Source: a virus. Taken from it: a DNA stretch of 64,000 nucleotides. The notes under the pieces are model-generated. The model worked only from the letters and a program-made list of their open reading frames with translations. It had not been told where the DNA came from and did no database searches. The translations under genes and the position numbers were made by a program. Shown piece by piece: positions 7,785-15,219 of the stretch. The stretch is from IMG/VR virus record IMGVR_UViG_3300029258_004419; one strand, written 5' to 3'. Numbering within the stretch: the stretch's first letter is position 1; each line of letters opens with the position of its first letter.

Positions 7785-8306
7785 ATGCTGATCGGAACCT
7801 ACGAAGAGGAGTGGAGGCCGGCCGTCGGGTACGAGGATCTCTACGAGGTGAGCAGCTATGGTCGCGTGCGCCGGCTGAATGCCACGAAGAGGACCCCTCC
7901 GCTGCACATCGTGCCCCAGAACCCGTGCGGAGTCCGTGGATACCTGCAGGTGCCGCTGCACAACGGCGAGAAGTACCGGCTGACTCTCGTCTCCGACGTG
8001 GTGACCGCCGCATTCCTGGGTCCGAAACCGTCCGGTCTCGAAGTCAACCACGTCGACGGGGACACCCAGAACAACCAGGTGTGGAACCTGGAGTACCTGA
8101 CCCACTCAGAGAACGTCGAGCACGCTTGGAGAGAGCTGAAGACCACCCCCTCCCGGCCGGTGAAGCTCAATCCAGAGCGCGTGAGACTGATGCGCCGGCT
8201 GCGAGAGCAGGGATTCACCATCCGCCGGCTCGCAGAGACGTTCTCGGTAGGGGAGTCCACTGCTCGCATGGCCGTGAATGGCCAGACCTGGGCCAACGTC
8301 ACCTGA
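7785..8306 (+). CDS. HNH homing endonuclease (NUMOD4 + HNH_3 type) with C-terminal HTH
   Basis: YEVSSYGRVRR matches the NUMOD4 motif. EVNHVDGDTQNNQVWNLEYLTHSEN matches the HNH core. The C-terminus LRRLREQGFTIRRLAETFSVGESTA is HTH-like. Confidence 0.85.
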   Translation: MLIGTYEEEWRPAVGYEDLYEVSSYGRVRRLNATKRTPPLHIVPQNPCGVRGYLQVPLHNGEKYRLTLVSDVVTAAFLGPKPSGLEVNHVDGDTQNNQVWNLEYLTHSENVEHAWRELKTTPSRPVKLNPERVRLMRRLREQGFTIRRLAETFSVGESTARMAVNGQTWANVT

Positions 8307-8482
8307 TTCGCTCCCCCGGGACCCCCGCGGTAGGCAGAATACAACAACTGTGTTGGGTTGCTTAAAACCAGACCCAGAAAAAATCAGCCCCAGGGCCTCA
8401 TGGAAGACAGTCCCCATGTACGGGACCCGACTTCGGTGCGTTTTAGGCCTACTCGCTGTGAGATCCCGAGGGATGAGCAGAT

Positions 8483-9283
8483 CTACTCGCCTGCGTCGCC
8501 CAGCAGCTTGCGCGCCAGCATCGCCATCGCCTCCGTACCGGGGTCTGTGCGCCCTGCAGCCCGCTCCTGGGCTATCTGGACGGCCGTGGCCCGCATCCGC
8601 GTGCTCACCTCGGCGTCTGGGTGGAAGCGCTGGCCCAGCCGGTGCGAGACGGACGCCCTCGGTGGCTGCAGAACGATGACCTCGCCGGGCTTGGGGCAGT
8701 AGTACAGCCGCAGAGGGCCGTGGATCTCCGGCTCGAGGCACATCATCCTCGCGCGCAGAGCCAGGGAGACGCCTCCTCGGACTCTCCGCAGGTAGCTCTG
8801 CAGGTCAGAGCCGGTCCAGGGGAACTCGTGCTCTCCGTCTGACCCAGGGTGTCCCAGGGAAACGCGCAGCGTGACGGGCGGCTTCGTATTAAACGGGCGA
8901 TGGGGGGCAGTGTCCTGGTGGTGCGTTCCTCCAACTGAGTTGTTGGATTCTCCTCGTGTGCTCACTGCGTCCTCCCCTCCAACAGGATTGTTGGCTGCCC
9001 AGTCGTCATCCACTTCCACCCACTCGGTATCCTCATCAATAAAGTGACCAGAATCATCGTCAGCGAGGATGTCCTCCTCCCACTCCTGCTGGTCCTCCAG
9101 CTCTTCCTGTGCGGCCTGGGCTGCGAGGGCTGCCTTGGGCACGACGCCGAGGGATGTGGGCCTACCCGACGGTGCTCGCGCGCTGACCTCCCCTGGACGG
9201 TGGAACACGCCGCCGGTGGCCTTGAACGACGGTGTCCGCGCGCGGCTCTCCTCTGGCCGGGCTGTCTGCACGAGCATCCTCAT
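8483..9283 (-). CDS. hypothetical protein (acidic centre, NNxVGG repeats)
   Basis: Track ORF 8483..9607 trimmed to ATG 9283. The upstream part is R/P/G-rich and clashes with the better ORF 9340..9540. Last gene of the minus block. Start uncertain. Confidence 0.5.
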   Translation of the reverse strand: MRMLVQTARPEESRARTPSFKATGGVFHRPGEVSARAPSGRPTSLGVVPKAALAAQAAQEELEDQQEWEEDILADDDSGHFIDEDTEWVEVDDDWAANNPVGGEDAVSTRGESNNSVGGTHHQDTAPHRPFNTKPPVTLRVSLGHPGSDGEHEFPWTGSDLQSYLRRVRGGVSLALRARMMCLEPEIHGPLRLYYCPKPGEVIVLQPPRASVSHRLGQRFHPDAEVSTRMRATAVQIAQERAAGRTDPGTEAMAMLARKLLGDAGE

Positions 9284-9339
9284 CGGCAGCTGGTAGCCGC
9301 GGCCGCCTCCGGGTAGCGGCTGTCGAAGCACGCGGGGGT

Positions 9340-9540
9340 CTACTTGCCTCTGCCGCCTTTGCGCTTGGCGAGGGCCTTGCGGATGCGGACCGGCGTCTCC
9401 CTGGCCTCCTGCAGCGCCTTCTGCAGCCTGCGTCGCCGGCGAGCTCGGGGGCTGTACCTGTTCCACAGGACGTGGAGGATGAGGACCAGGAGGGACGCGC
9501 CCACCGTGACCTCTGCGATCGTCAGGACCATCTCTGCCAT
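9340..9540 (-). CDS. small membrane protein (N-terminal TM helix, R/K-rich tail)
   Basis: ATG 9540 follows GGGAGG. Codons are GC3-rich. Clear TM helix VLTIAEVTVGASLLVLILHVLW. Confidence 0.6.
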   Translation of the reverse strand: MAEMVLTIAEVTVGASLLVLILHVLWNRYSPRARRRRRLQKALQEARETPVRIRKALAKRKGGRGK

Positions 9541-9603
9541 ATTGGCCTCCCGCGGGCCGGTCGAACTCGTCTCCCAGCTTCCGCTTCCATTGCTCCTGCC
9601 AGC

Positions 9604-9810
9604 TCATCCGTCCTCCAGCGCCAGGCGCAGCTTCAGGTAGGTGTGCAGCGAGGGGTCACGCTCCCTGCGCTCGATGCGGCTGATGGTACTCGGCTGCACG
9701 CCGACGGTCCTGGCCAGCCTCCTCGCGCTCCACCCGAGCTGTCTGCGACGCTGGCGAAGCTCGTCGATGAGCTCCTCCTGGGCCTCGTCGATACGGTGTG
9801 CGGCGATCAT
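9604..9810 (-). CDS. XRE/Cro-type helix-turn-helix transcriptional regulator
   Basis: LGWSARRLARTVGVQPSTISRIERRERDPS is a classic HTH_3 motif. GGGAGGG lies 4 nt upstream of ATG 9810. Confidence 0.85.
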   Translation of the reverse strand: MIAAHRIDEAQEELIDELRQRRRQLGWSARRLARTVGVQPSTISRIERRERDPSLHTYLKLRLALEDG

Positions 9811-9894
9811 CGACCCTCCCGGGTAAAGAGAAGAGCGCGGGCCTCTCCTCCGTTGAGCGATTCTACTCCTCGAGCTGGCGCCGGTCCAGCCGAC

Positions 9895-10176
9895 TCACAG
9901 CTCCGCGCGGTCCCGGATCTCCCGCAGCCGGCGCACCTGGCGCACGACCCGGTCGGTCATCTCCTGGATGGCCCCCGCGAGCCTCACCCGCTCCTCGGCC
10001 TCCTTGAGCGTCTTGCCCTCCCCGGGCATCGGGTTGGTCGGCCGCAGCACGGTGCTGAAGCGCTCCTCCACCTCACCGACCTCACCCTCGAGCTCGTTGA
10101 CGACGTGCCCCAGGTGCTCAAGGGCCTCGCTCACCTGGCTCTGCCTCGATGCCGCCGTTGCTACCATCTCACTCAT
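9895..10176 (-). CDS. hypothetical protein (helical, E/R-rich)
   Basis: ATG 10176 overlaps the upstream stop by 8 nt. 93 aa. No motif recognised. Confidence 0.6.
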   Translation of the reverse strand: MSEMVATAASRQSQVSEALEHLGHVVNELEGEVGEVEERFSTVLRPTNPMPGEGKTLKEAEERVRLAGAIQEMTDRVVRQVRRLREIRDRAEL

Positions 10177-10639
10177 CCTCTGGTCCTTTCTCAGCCTCCT
10201 CGAGGCCGTCCTGTTGACTGATGAATCCGGCCGGCTGCAAGTAGCTCTTAGACGGTGGCGTCTCCGCGGCCTTGCCGGACACGACCGCGGCCGACTGCTC
10301 GCCGCAGATGCTGCAGGTCGGCTTGTCGACGTGACAACCCATCGAGAGCGGCTGCGAGGCCTGAATGCCGATGGCCTCGGCGAAGCGCCTGCGCTGCAGC
10401 TCCTCGAGAGAGTTGAGCAAGTCCGACCAGGCGATCCTGAGTGACCCTCGTCCTCCCGAGAGGCGCATGTAATCCTCGACCTGGCTGATGAGCCACCGCA
10501 ACCGCTCGTCGCTGATCTTGGGCTTCTCCTGCGCCTGCCGCATAGCCTCGGTCATGCAGTGCGGGCAGTAGGCGTTGTAGTTGGCCGACTCGACGAACTC
10601 GACCTCGCCGTGCTTCCAGCACTTGGACTTCATGGTCAT
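10169..10639 (-). CDS. hypothetical Zn-ribbon protein
   Basis: Trimmed to ATG 10639 (ATGA overlap). Cys pairs CWKHG..CPHC and C..CSIC. Confidence 0.65.
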   Translation of the reverse strand: MTMKSKCWKHGEVEFVESANYNAYCPHCMTEAMRQAQEKPKISDERLRWLISQVEDYMRLSGGRGSLRIAWSDLLNSLEELQRRRFAEAIGIQASQPLSMGCHVDKPTCSICGEQSAAVVSGKAAETPPSKSYLQPAGFISQQDGLEEAEKGPEDE

Positions 10640-10812
10640 CCCTCTCCCGCGCAGATGTTGTCGGGCTTCGTGCGCCACTGCCGGTCGTCCACCTCGAAGT
10701 GGACGGTCACGTCTCCGTTCTTGTGCACCTTGCGCACGGTGCCCCAGTGCATCACGCCCAGCGTCCTGGGGTGGAAGAACTTGGCCCGCAGGCCGACGTG
10801 GACATCGCTCAT
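10636..10812 (-). CDS. hypothetical small protein
   Basis: Trimmed to ATG 10812, directly after the upstream stop at 10815. 58 aa, GC3-rich. Confidence 0.5.
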   Translation of the reverse strand: MSDVHVGLRAKFFHPRTLGVMHWGTVRKVHKNGDVTVHFEVDDRQWRTKPDNICAGEG

Positions 10813-10814
10813 CG

Positions 10815-11285
10815 TCAGCCTCCCTTCAGCTCGAGCTTGTCCTCCTGGAGCTCCCTGCGCACCTGCATCAGCAGCTGGCCGAGCCAGTTCTCGCCAACGC
10901 CGTTGCACACGCCCCAGAAGGTGTCTCCCCAGTCGTTGCCCTCGACGAGGTGTGCATCGCCGGTCGCCAGCAGCTTCACGCCGAGGTCCTCGTGGTAGGT
11001 GAACTTGCTGCGCAGCAGGTCGCCCATGATCGCAACCTTGACGTCCTCCCAGTCGTGGCGCAGCTTCACTCCTCGACCCAGACGCTTCGCCTTGCCCGGG
11101 GTGCTCGCCGACTGCACACGCTCCCGATGCTGCAAGCTCACGCTCTTAGCCGCCTGGAACGCGTGCTCCACCGTGGGGTACTCCAGGCCGTCGAGGTGGA
11201 CCTCGGCCGGGTAGAAGTTGGAGAGGAACGAGAAGGGTCCGTTGAAGTGCTCGATGCTCTCGTGGAGCGGGATGGCCTTCTTCAT
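10815..11285 (-). CDS. NADAR (DUF1768/YbiA-like) family protein
   Basis: FSFLSNFYPAEV..GLEYPTVEHAFQAAK..GKAKRLGR..DWEDVKVAIMGDLLRSKF..LLATGDAHLVEGNDWGDTFWG..GENWLGQLLMQVR matches the NADAR signature along its length. ATG 11285 lies 7 nt after AGGAGG. Confidence 0.85.
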   Translation of the reverse strand: MKKAIPLHESIEHFNGPFSFLSNFYPAEVHLDGLEYPTVEHAFQAAKSVSLQHRERVQSASTPGKAKRLGRGVKLRHDWEDVKVAIMGDLLRSKFTYHEDLGVKLLATGDAHLVEGNDWGDTFWGVCNGVGENWLGQLLMQVRRELQEDKLELKGG

Positions 11286-11572
11286 TTCCAACCTCCTGGT
11301 ATTGGTAGCCCAATCGGCTCCTCTTCCCGGCAGGGAGGGATCTCGATGTTTTCCATGGACGAACGCTCTTCTGCCAGCTCGGGGGCGTAATTCAGTCGTG
11401 GGTTTGGCCAGCGCCTCCCACAGGTGATGCAGGCTACGGTCTTGGGCTCCGGACCATAGCCGACGCCGTCAGCTACCACATCGACCTGGTCTCCACTGCC
11501 GTTGATGACCACGCTTGCTCTTACAGACATGACGAGGAGTGAGCTCCCACAACTACAGATGTGCATCTTCAT
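11282..11572 (-). CDS. hypothetical Cys-containing protein
   Basis: ATG 11572 follows GAGGTGAGGA. ATGA overlaps at both ends. Cys pairs CSCG...CITCG. Confidence 0.6.
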   Translation of the reverse strand: MKMHICSCGSSLLVMSVRASVVINGSGDQVDVVADGVGYGPEPKTVACITCGRRWPNPRLNYAPELAEERSSMENIEIPPCREEEPIGLPIPGGWK

Positions 11573-11829
11573 TCCTCACCTCTCGGATCCGGCAGCATGT
11601 GGGGACTGATGTCCTGGTGCTCGCTGATGAGTCGCTCGACGAGCTCCTTGCCCTTGCGCGCCACCTCGTCGGGGTCGTAGCCGGCCGCGCGCAGCTCCTC
11701 GTCGATCTCCTCCTCGGTCATGTCGTCGATGTAGTCCGTGCCGAAGATGGCCTCCCAGAACTTGGCCTTCTTCTCGGGAGACAGAGCACGGTACTGCTCG
11801 AGCAGCTCCTGCTTGCGCTGAGCATCCAT
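11569..11829 (-). CDS. hypothetical acidic protein
   Basis: ATG 11829 follows GGAGG (TGATG overlap). 86 aa. Confidence 0.6.
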   Translation of the reverse strand: MDAQRKQELLEQYRALSPEKKAKFWEAIFGTDYIDDMTEEEIDEELRAAGYDPDEVARKGKELVERLISEHQDISPHMLPDPRGEE

Positions 11830-12092
11830 CACCGATCCTCCAATCTGCCGAAGATGGCGATGAAGAGCTCACGGTCCTCGGCGTTGCGGAGCGCACGCTC
11901 CTCGATCTCGGCCCAAGGGAAGTTGTCCAGCTGCATCCGTGGGCACACCAACCGCCTGATGGACCGACCCAACTCGGTGCGGATAGGGATGTTCTGCATC
12001 CTGGGCGCCCTCGCCGGCAGCTCGATGCGCACGCCGGACTTCAGCGCAATCCTCTTCAGCTCCTCGGCTTGCTCTTTGGTCGTGCGCTCCAT
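11829..12092 (-). CDS. small protein carrying a DNA polymerase I (family A) motif-2a/motif-A-like segment
   Basis: [20 protein letters not shown] aligns to PolA [40 protein letters not shown] aligns to [14 protein letters not shown]..LLTAF. Only 87 aa. Coupled at both ends. Confidence 0.6.
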   Translation of the reverse strand: [87 protein letters not shown]

Positions 12093-12319
12093 CACTGCAC
12101 CCCCCGCTTGAATAAAAGGGCGCCTGCGGCCTCCGCACCCCTACGTCGGAGAGCCTCGTTCCGCAGGAGCACGTCTCCTATACCGAGGGCCGCCTCCTGC
12201 AGCACCTCGGCCTTGAGGTTGATCTGGTGCTCCGCATCGGGACCGACCTGCTCGACGATCTTGACGTGGAAGAAGCCGTGCTTGTCGTCCTCGATGATGA
12301 CGGTGTAGATGTTCTTCAC
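12092..12319 (-). CDS. hypothetical protein
   Basis: GTG 12319 lies 6 nt after AAGGAGG. First gene behind promoter-like box 12356-12379. Confidence 0.65.
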   Translation of the reverse strand: MKNIYTVIIEDDKHGFFHVKIVEQVGPDAEHQINLKAEVLQEAALGIGDVLLRNEALRRRGAEAAGALLFKRGVQ

Positions 12320-12355
12320 CCCGACCCTCCTTGCTTCTGGGTAACTGAAACCCTT

Positions 12356-12379
12356 TGATTTCTATCACCCTTATACCGG
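12356..12379 (-). promoter_or_regulatory. promoter-like box (minus strand CCGGTATAAGGGTGATAGAAATC)
   Basis: Intergenic, between stop 12391 and start 12319. Same SGSTATAAG core as the other copies. Confidence 0.5.
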
Positions 12380-12390
12380 AAAGGGCCGGC

Positions 12391-12642
12391 TCACCACTTC
12401 ATCTTCCAGACCTTGAGCGACTTGATCATGGTGCTGCCGAAGCAGCGCACGCTGTAGTCCTCCGCGCCCTCCTCGACCTTGCCGCGGGCGACCAGGCGCT
12501 TCATCTGTCGCCGCACGGTGGTCTCGCTGCAGTGAGCGAGCCCGGCCAGCTCGGTGGCCGTCAGCGGACGGTTGGCGAGGCGCACGTACTCGAGGAGGTC
12601 CTCCTGCGTGCGCCGGCTTCGAGTTGCTGCGGATGAGGCCAT
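12391..12642 (-). CDS. winged-helix DNA-binding protein
   Basis: Trimmed to ATG 12642 (TGATG overlap). LTATELAGLAHCSETTVRRQMKRLVARGKV is a wHTH recognition motif. Confidence 0.7.
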   Translation of the reverse strand: MASSAATRSRRTQEDLLEYVRLANRPLTATELAGLAHCSETTVRRQMKRLVARGKVEEGAEDYSVRCFGSTMIKSLKVWKMKW

Positions 12643-12869
12643 CAGCCCACCCTCCCGAGGGCCTGGATGCCCGGCCCACTGCGCTCGGTTTCCTTCTTCA
12701 GCTCGCGGACCAGGTCGTCGTGGCTGGTGGCCTCGAACGGCTTCGCGGTCCTCTGGATCAGGTGCAGGATCTCCCCGTTCCTGGTGCGGTAGCAGTGCCA
12801 GGTGAAGCGGTGCTTCCGCATGGTCAGAACCTCCGCGAATCGACTCCTCTGGTAATCCAAGCACGTCAT
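12642..12869 (-). CDS. hypothetical protein
   Basis: ATG 12869 follows AAGGGAG (alternative start 12820). First ORF downstream of the AGAAC/GTTCT operator cluster. Start uncertain. Confidence 0.5.
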   Translation of the reverse strand: MTCLDYQRSRFAEVLTMRKHRFTWHCYRTRNGEILHLIQRTAKPFEATSHDDLVRELKKETERSGPGIQALGRVG

Positions 12870-12932
12870 TCTGCTGTCACTCCCTTTATTCACTGGCGAG
12901 AGCTGGTGATCAGCCCTCCAGTCGCCACCCGC

Positions 12933-12976
12933 TCTGAGAACATTTGGGGGTTCTGAGAACGTCCAAATGTTCTGAG
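12933..12976. promoter_or_regulatory. operator-like cluster of AGAAC/GTTCT half-sites
   Basis: AGAACATTTGG (12937-47) is the perfect inverse of CCAAATGTTCT (12963-73). A central palindrome GTTCTGAGAAC sits at 12950-60. TCTGAG occurs three times. The region is intergenic. Confidence 0.5.
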
Positions 12977-13033
12977 TAGGGGGGTAGTCCAACACGGTTG
13001 TTGTCTCTCACGGAGTTCCCGATCTCCAGCGCC

Positions 13034-13357
13034 TCACGCAGGCGCCTGTTCTTCTCCTCGATGTCCATTCTCCTCGCACTCCTTCATCGCCCGCTCGAGG
13101 GGCTTGCCGCAAAGGTCAATGTGCTGTCCCAGCTCGCCGCGGCGGTCCACCCGCGGCCGGCGCACGCCCAGCCGGCGCGCCGTCTTCAGCAGCCGCTCCT
13201 GGTTCATGTCGAAGAGGTGCGCCCACGGCCGGTTGCGCTGGAAGACGAGAGGAGCTCCCGGCCAGCCGCCCGGACCCGGGTCCCAGACGTGCAGAGCCTG
13301 CCCTCGGAGCGAGTACTCCTTGGCGGCCTGGACCTCCCTCGCCTTGAAAAGCTTCAT
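13034..13357 (-). CDS. DUF4031-like protein
   Basis: RPWAHLFDMNQERLLKTARRLG resembles the DUF4031 core as I recall it. ATGA overlap with the upstream stop. Confidence 0.55.
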   Translation of the reverse strand: MKLFKAREVQAAKEYSLRGQALHVWDPGPGGWPGAPLVFQRNRPWAHLFDMNQERLLKTARRLGVRRPRVDRRGELGQHIDLCGKPLERAMKECEENGHRGEEQAPA

Positions 13358-13878
13358 CGGCGTGTCTCCCTACCCTCCGCGCTGTCCGCGGCCTCCTCGA
13401 GGCGCCTGCGCCGGCGCTCGTGCTGCTCTTGGAGCTGGTCCAGGTACCGAAGAGCGGTGTCCAGCTTGCGCCACTTGCGGCGGGCGCCTCTGCAGCGGTG
13501 GCCGCGGCTCTGATGCCTCACCCACGCCCCGCCTCCGTCCTGTCCCACGATGCGCACCAGGATCTCGAACCGGACTGGGGACTGCTGGAACACCCAGTAG
13601 ACGAGGTCGCCGATGGTTCGGACGTGCACCCTCCCGGGAGGATCGGGCCGGTCGAAGTCCGGAGCTGTGCTACCATCCCCAACCCGGGTGTCAGAGCCAA
13701 TGGATGCGGCCGTCTTGTTGAACACCGCCTCCTCGTCCTGTCCGTACTCGTCCGGGTGCTCTCGGTACATTCTCTCGCAGAACTGCTGCTCCTCGGTGGT
13801 GAGCTCGGTGAGGCCCAGCTTGGACCTGCACCGCAGCTCGAAGAGCCGAGCTCGGTCCCCCGGTCTCATCCTTCCCAT
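13354..13878 (-). CDS. hypothetical protein
   Basis: Trimmed to ATG 13878 (TGATG overlap). 174 aa with an R-rich C-terminus. Confidence 0.6.
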   Translation of the reverse strand: MGRMRPGDRARLFELRCRSKLGLTELTTEEQQFCERMYREHPDEYGQDEEAVFNKTAASIGSDTRVGDGSTAPDFDRPDPPGRVHVRTIGDLVYWVFQQSPVRFEILVRIVGQDGGGAWVRHQSRGHRCRGARRKWRKLDTALRYLDQLQEQHERRRRRLEEAADSAEGRETRR

Positions 13879-14303
13879 CAGGTGTCCTCCGACATCGTCT
13901 TCAGCAGCCAGAGGGCGAACGGCTTCGGCTGCTTGCCGGTACCACCACAAGACTCACAGACGAGCTGCCCGCACACCTCTCCCTCGCTGACCGAGGCCAT
14001 CGGGATGGTCCCCGCACCCAGGCACAGCAGGCACTCGGGAACGCCGTCCCATCCATCGTAGGAGCGGTCCTCGATGGAGTCGAGCTGTGCGCGCACCTCG
14101 TCCACGCCGGGGACGCAGCTGTGTCGCAGCACAAGCCTGCGCAGCTGCTTTCCGTTGGAGACGGTGAACTCCTTGCCGCAGGTGGTGCACTCGTAGGCGC
14201 GCCAAGTGCTGGAGTAGTGGCTGCCGTCGTCGTCAATGGGCACCACCCTCGAAGGGACGATGTCGCTGTTGTCGACTGGGTCTCTCTTCGGTATGGCCAT
14301 CAT
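13878..14303 (-). CDS. DnaJ-type zinc-finger (CxxCxGxG) protein
   Basis: Contains CTTCGKEF, CLLCLGAG and CESCGGTG repeats. ATGA overlap with the upstream stop. Confidence 0.65.
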   Translation of the reverse strand: MMAIPKRDPVDNSDIVPSRVVPIDDDGSHYSSTWRAYECTTCGKEFTVSNGKQLRRLVLRHSCVPGVDEVRAQLDSIEDRSYDGWDGVPECLLCLGAGTIPMASVSEGEVCGQLVCESCGGTGKQPKPFALWLLKTMSEDT

Positions 14304-14479
14304 CGACCTCCCCGGGGATGTTGGCCACCGCGCAGCTGCTCGGACTGCAGCATAGCCATCCTCCCAGCCACCTGCTGCTGGTGCTTCAGCTGGCGTCGAC
14401 GTCGCTCCTCCTTGGCAGGCGTGCGGCCGCCCAACCCTCCGAAGAAGCCATTGCTCGCTTGCTGGAAAATGGTCTTCAT
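14300..14479 (-). CDS. hypothetical small basic protein
   Basis: Trimmed to ATG 14479 (ATGA overlap). 59 aa. Confidence 0.45.
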   Translation of the reverse strand: MKTIFQQASNGFFGGLGGRTPAKEERRRRQLKHQQQVAGRMAMLQSEQLRGGQHPRGGR

Positions 14480-15219
14480 CCCCGTGCCCTCCACTGGCTA
14501 CAGGCCTCCGAGTACATCGAGAGGTAGCCGGCGCCTTCTCCCTCGAGGGGCTGCTCGTCCTTGCCTGGGCAGTCCACCTGGTTGCCGTTCCAGAAGGGGT
14601 GATCCTCCTCGATGTCCTCGGGGAAGAAGCGGCAGGTTCCGCACGTCAGCCCAGACTTCAGCAAGTTCTTGGAGACGACGGACTGCAACATCACCGCTAC
14701 GTCCTTGTGGGTGAGCAGCGAGTACAGCTTCTTCTTCATCTCGATGATGCCCTGGCGCAGTCTCTCGAGCGCCTCTTCGGTTTCCTGCGACCAAGGGATG
14801 ATGAACTCCCCCTCTCTACGGTCGCGCTCCTCGACGTCCTCGGGACTGGTGGGCCCGTGGTAGTTGGAGATGCGGTACTCGCCCGACCCTCGAGGGAACT
14901 CCTCCCGCTCACGCCACTGGCCGTCAGCTCCCAGGGCCACCTCGTGCACGCCGAAGACGAGCTTGATCTCCGCGGCCGTGGGCATGAACTTGGGCACGGT
15001 GCTGCCGGTGATGATCTTCTTCCAGGTGAACGTCTGCAGCTCCTCGCACTTCTTGTGGAAGAGGCGCTCGCAACCGTCGGCGGTGACGTGGCGCACTTCC
15101 TCGCCCTGCACTTCGGCAAAGAAGTCGAGGCTGTTGCGGTCGAGGTAGAGGATGGCCCTGATGCCAGAGGTGTGGTGGTACAGATGCTTGGTCTTCTGTG
15201 GCTTGAGTCTACGTGCCAT
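14476..15219 (-). CDS. hypothetical protein
   Basis: 247 aa with normal composition. Start overlaps the upstream gene by 11 nt. No motif recognised. Confidence 0.7.
   Translation of the reverse strand: MARRLKPQKTKHLYHHTSGIRAILYLDRNSLDFFAEVQGEEVRHVTADGCERLFHKKCEELQTFTWKKIITGSTVPKFMPTAAEIKLVFGVHEVALGADGQWREREEFPRGSGEYRISNYHGPTSPEDVEERDRREGEFIIPWSQETEEALERLRQGIIEMKKKLYSLLTHKDVAVMLQSVVSKNLLKSGLTCGTCRFFPEDIEEDHPFWNGNQVDCPGKDEQPLEGEGAGYLSMYSEACSQWRARG

Noticed and set aside
6655-8013. 452-aa minus-strand ORF antisense to CDS 6745..7545 and the HNH gene. Similar long R/P/G/A-rich ORFs include 47250..48839(+), 45668..46624(-), 59118..60485(+), 60410..61837(+) and 55352..56200(+).
   Set aside because: These are typical high-GC shadow ORFs. 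They have extreme Arg/Pro/Gly/Ala content and lie antisense or out of frame to ORFs with normal composition, RBSs and recognisable motifs.
8307-8482. attP, integrase or other lysogeny module at the convergent strand-switch
   Set aside because: No integrase or recombinase-like ORF occurs anywhere in the window. The gap contains only short palindromes and weak hairpins.
9541-9607. Possible TGA read-through from the XRE regulator into the TM mini-protein (same frame, 21 codons apart), and the ATGA-coupled ORF starting at 9607
   Set aside because: The 9340..9540 ORF has its own ATG and GGGAGG RBS. The 9607 ORF has plausible codons for only ~20 codons and then turns R/P/G-rich. No read-through context was recognised. 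I record it as a curiosity only.
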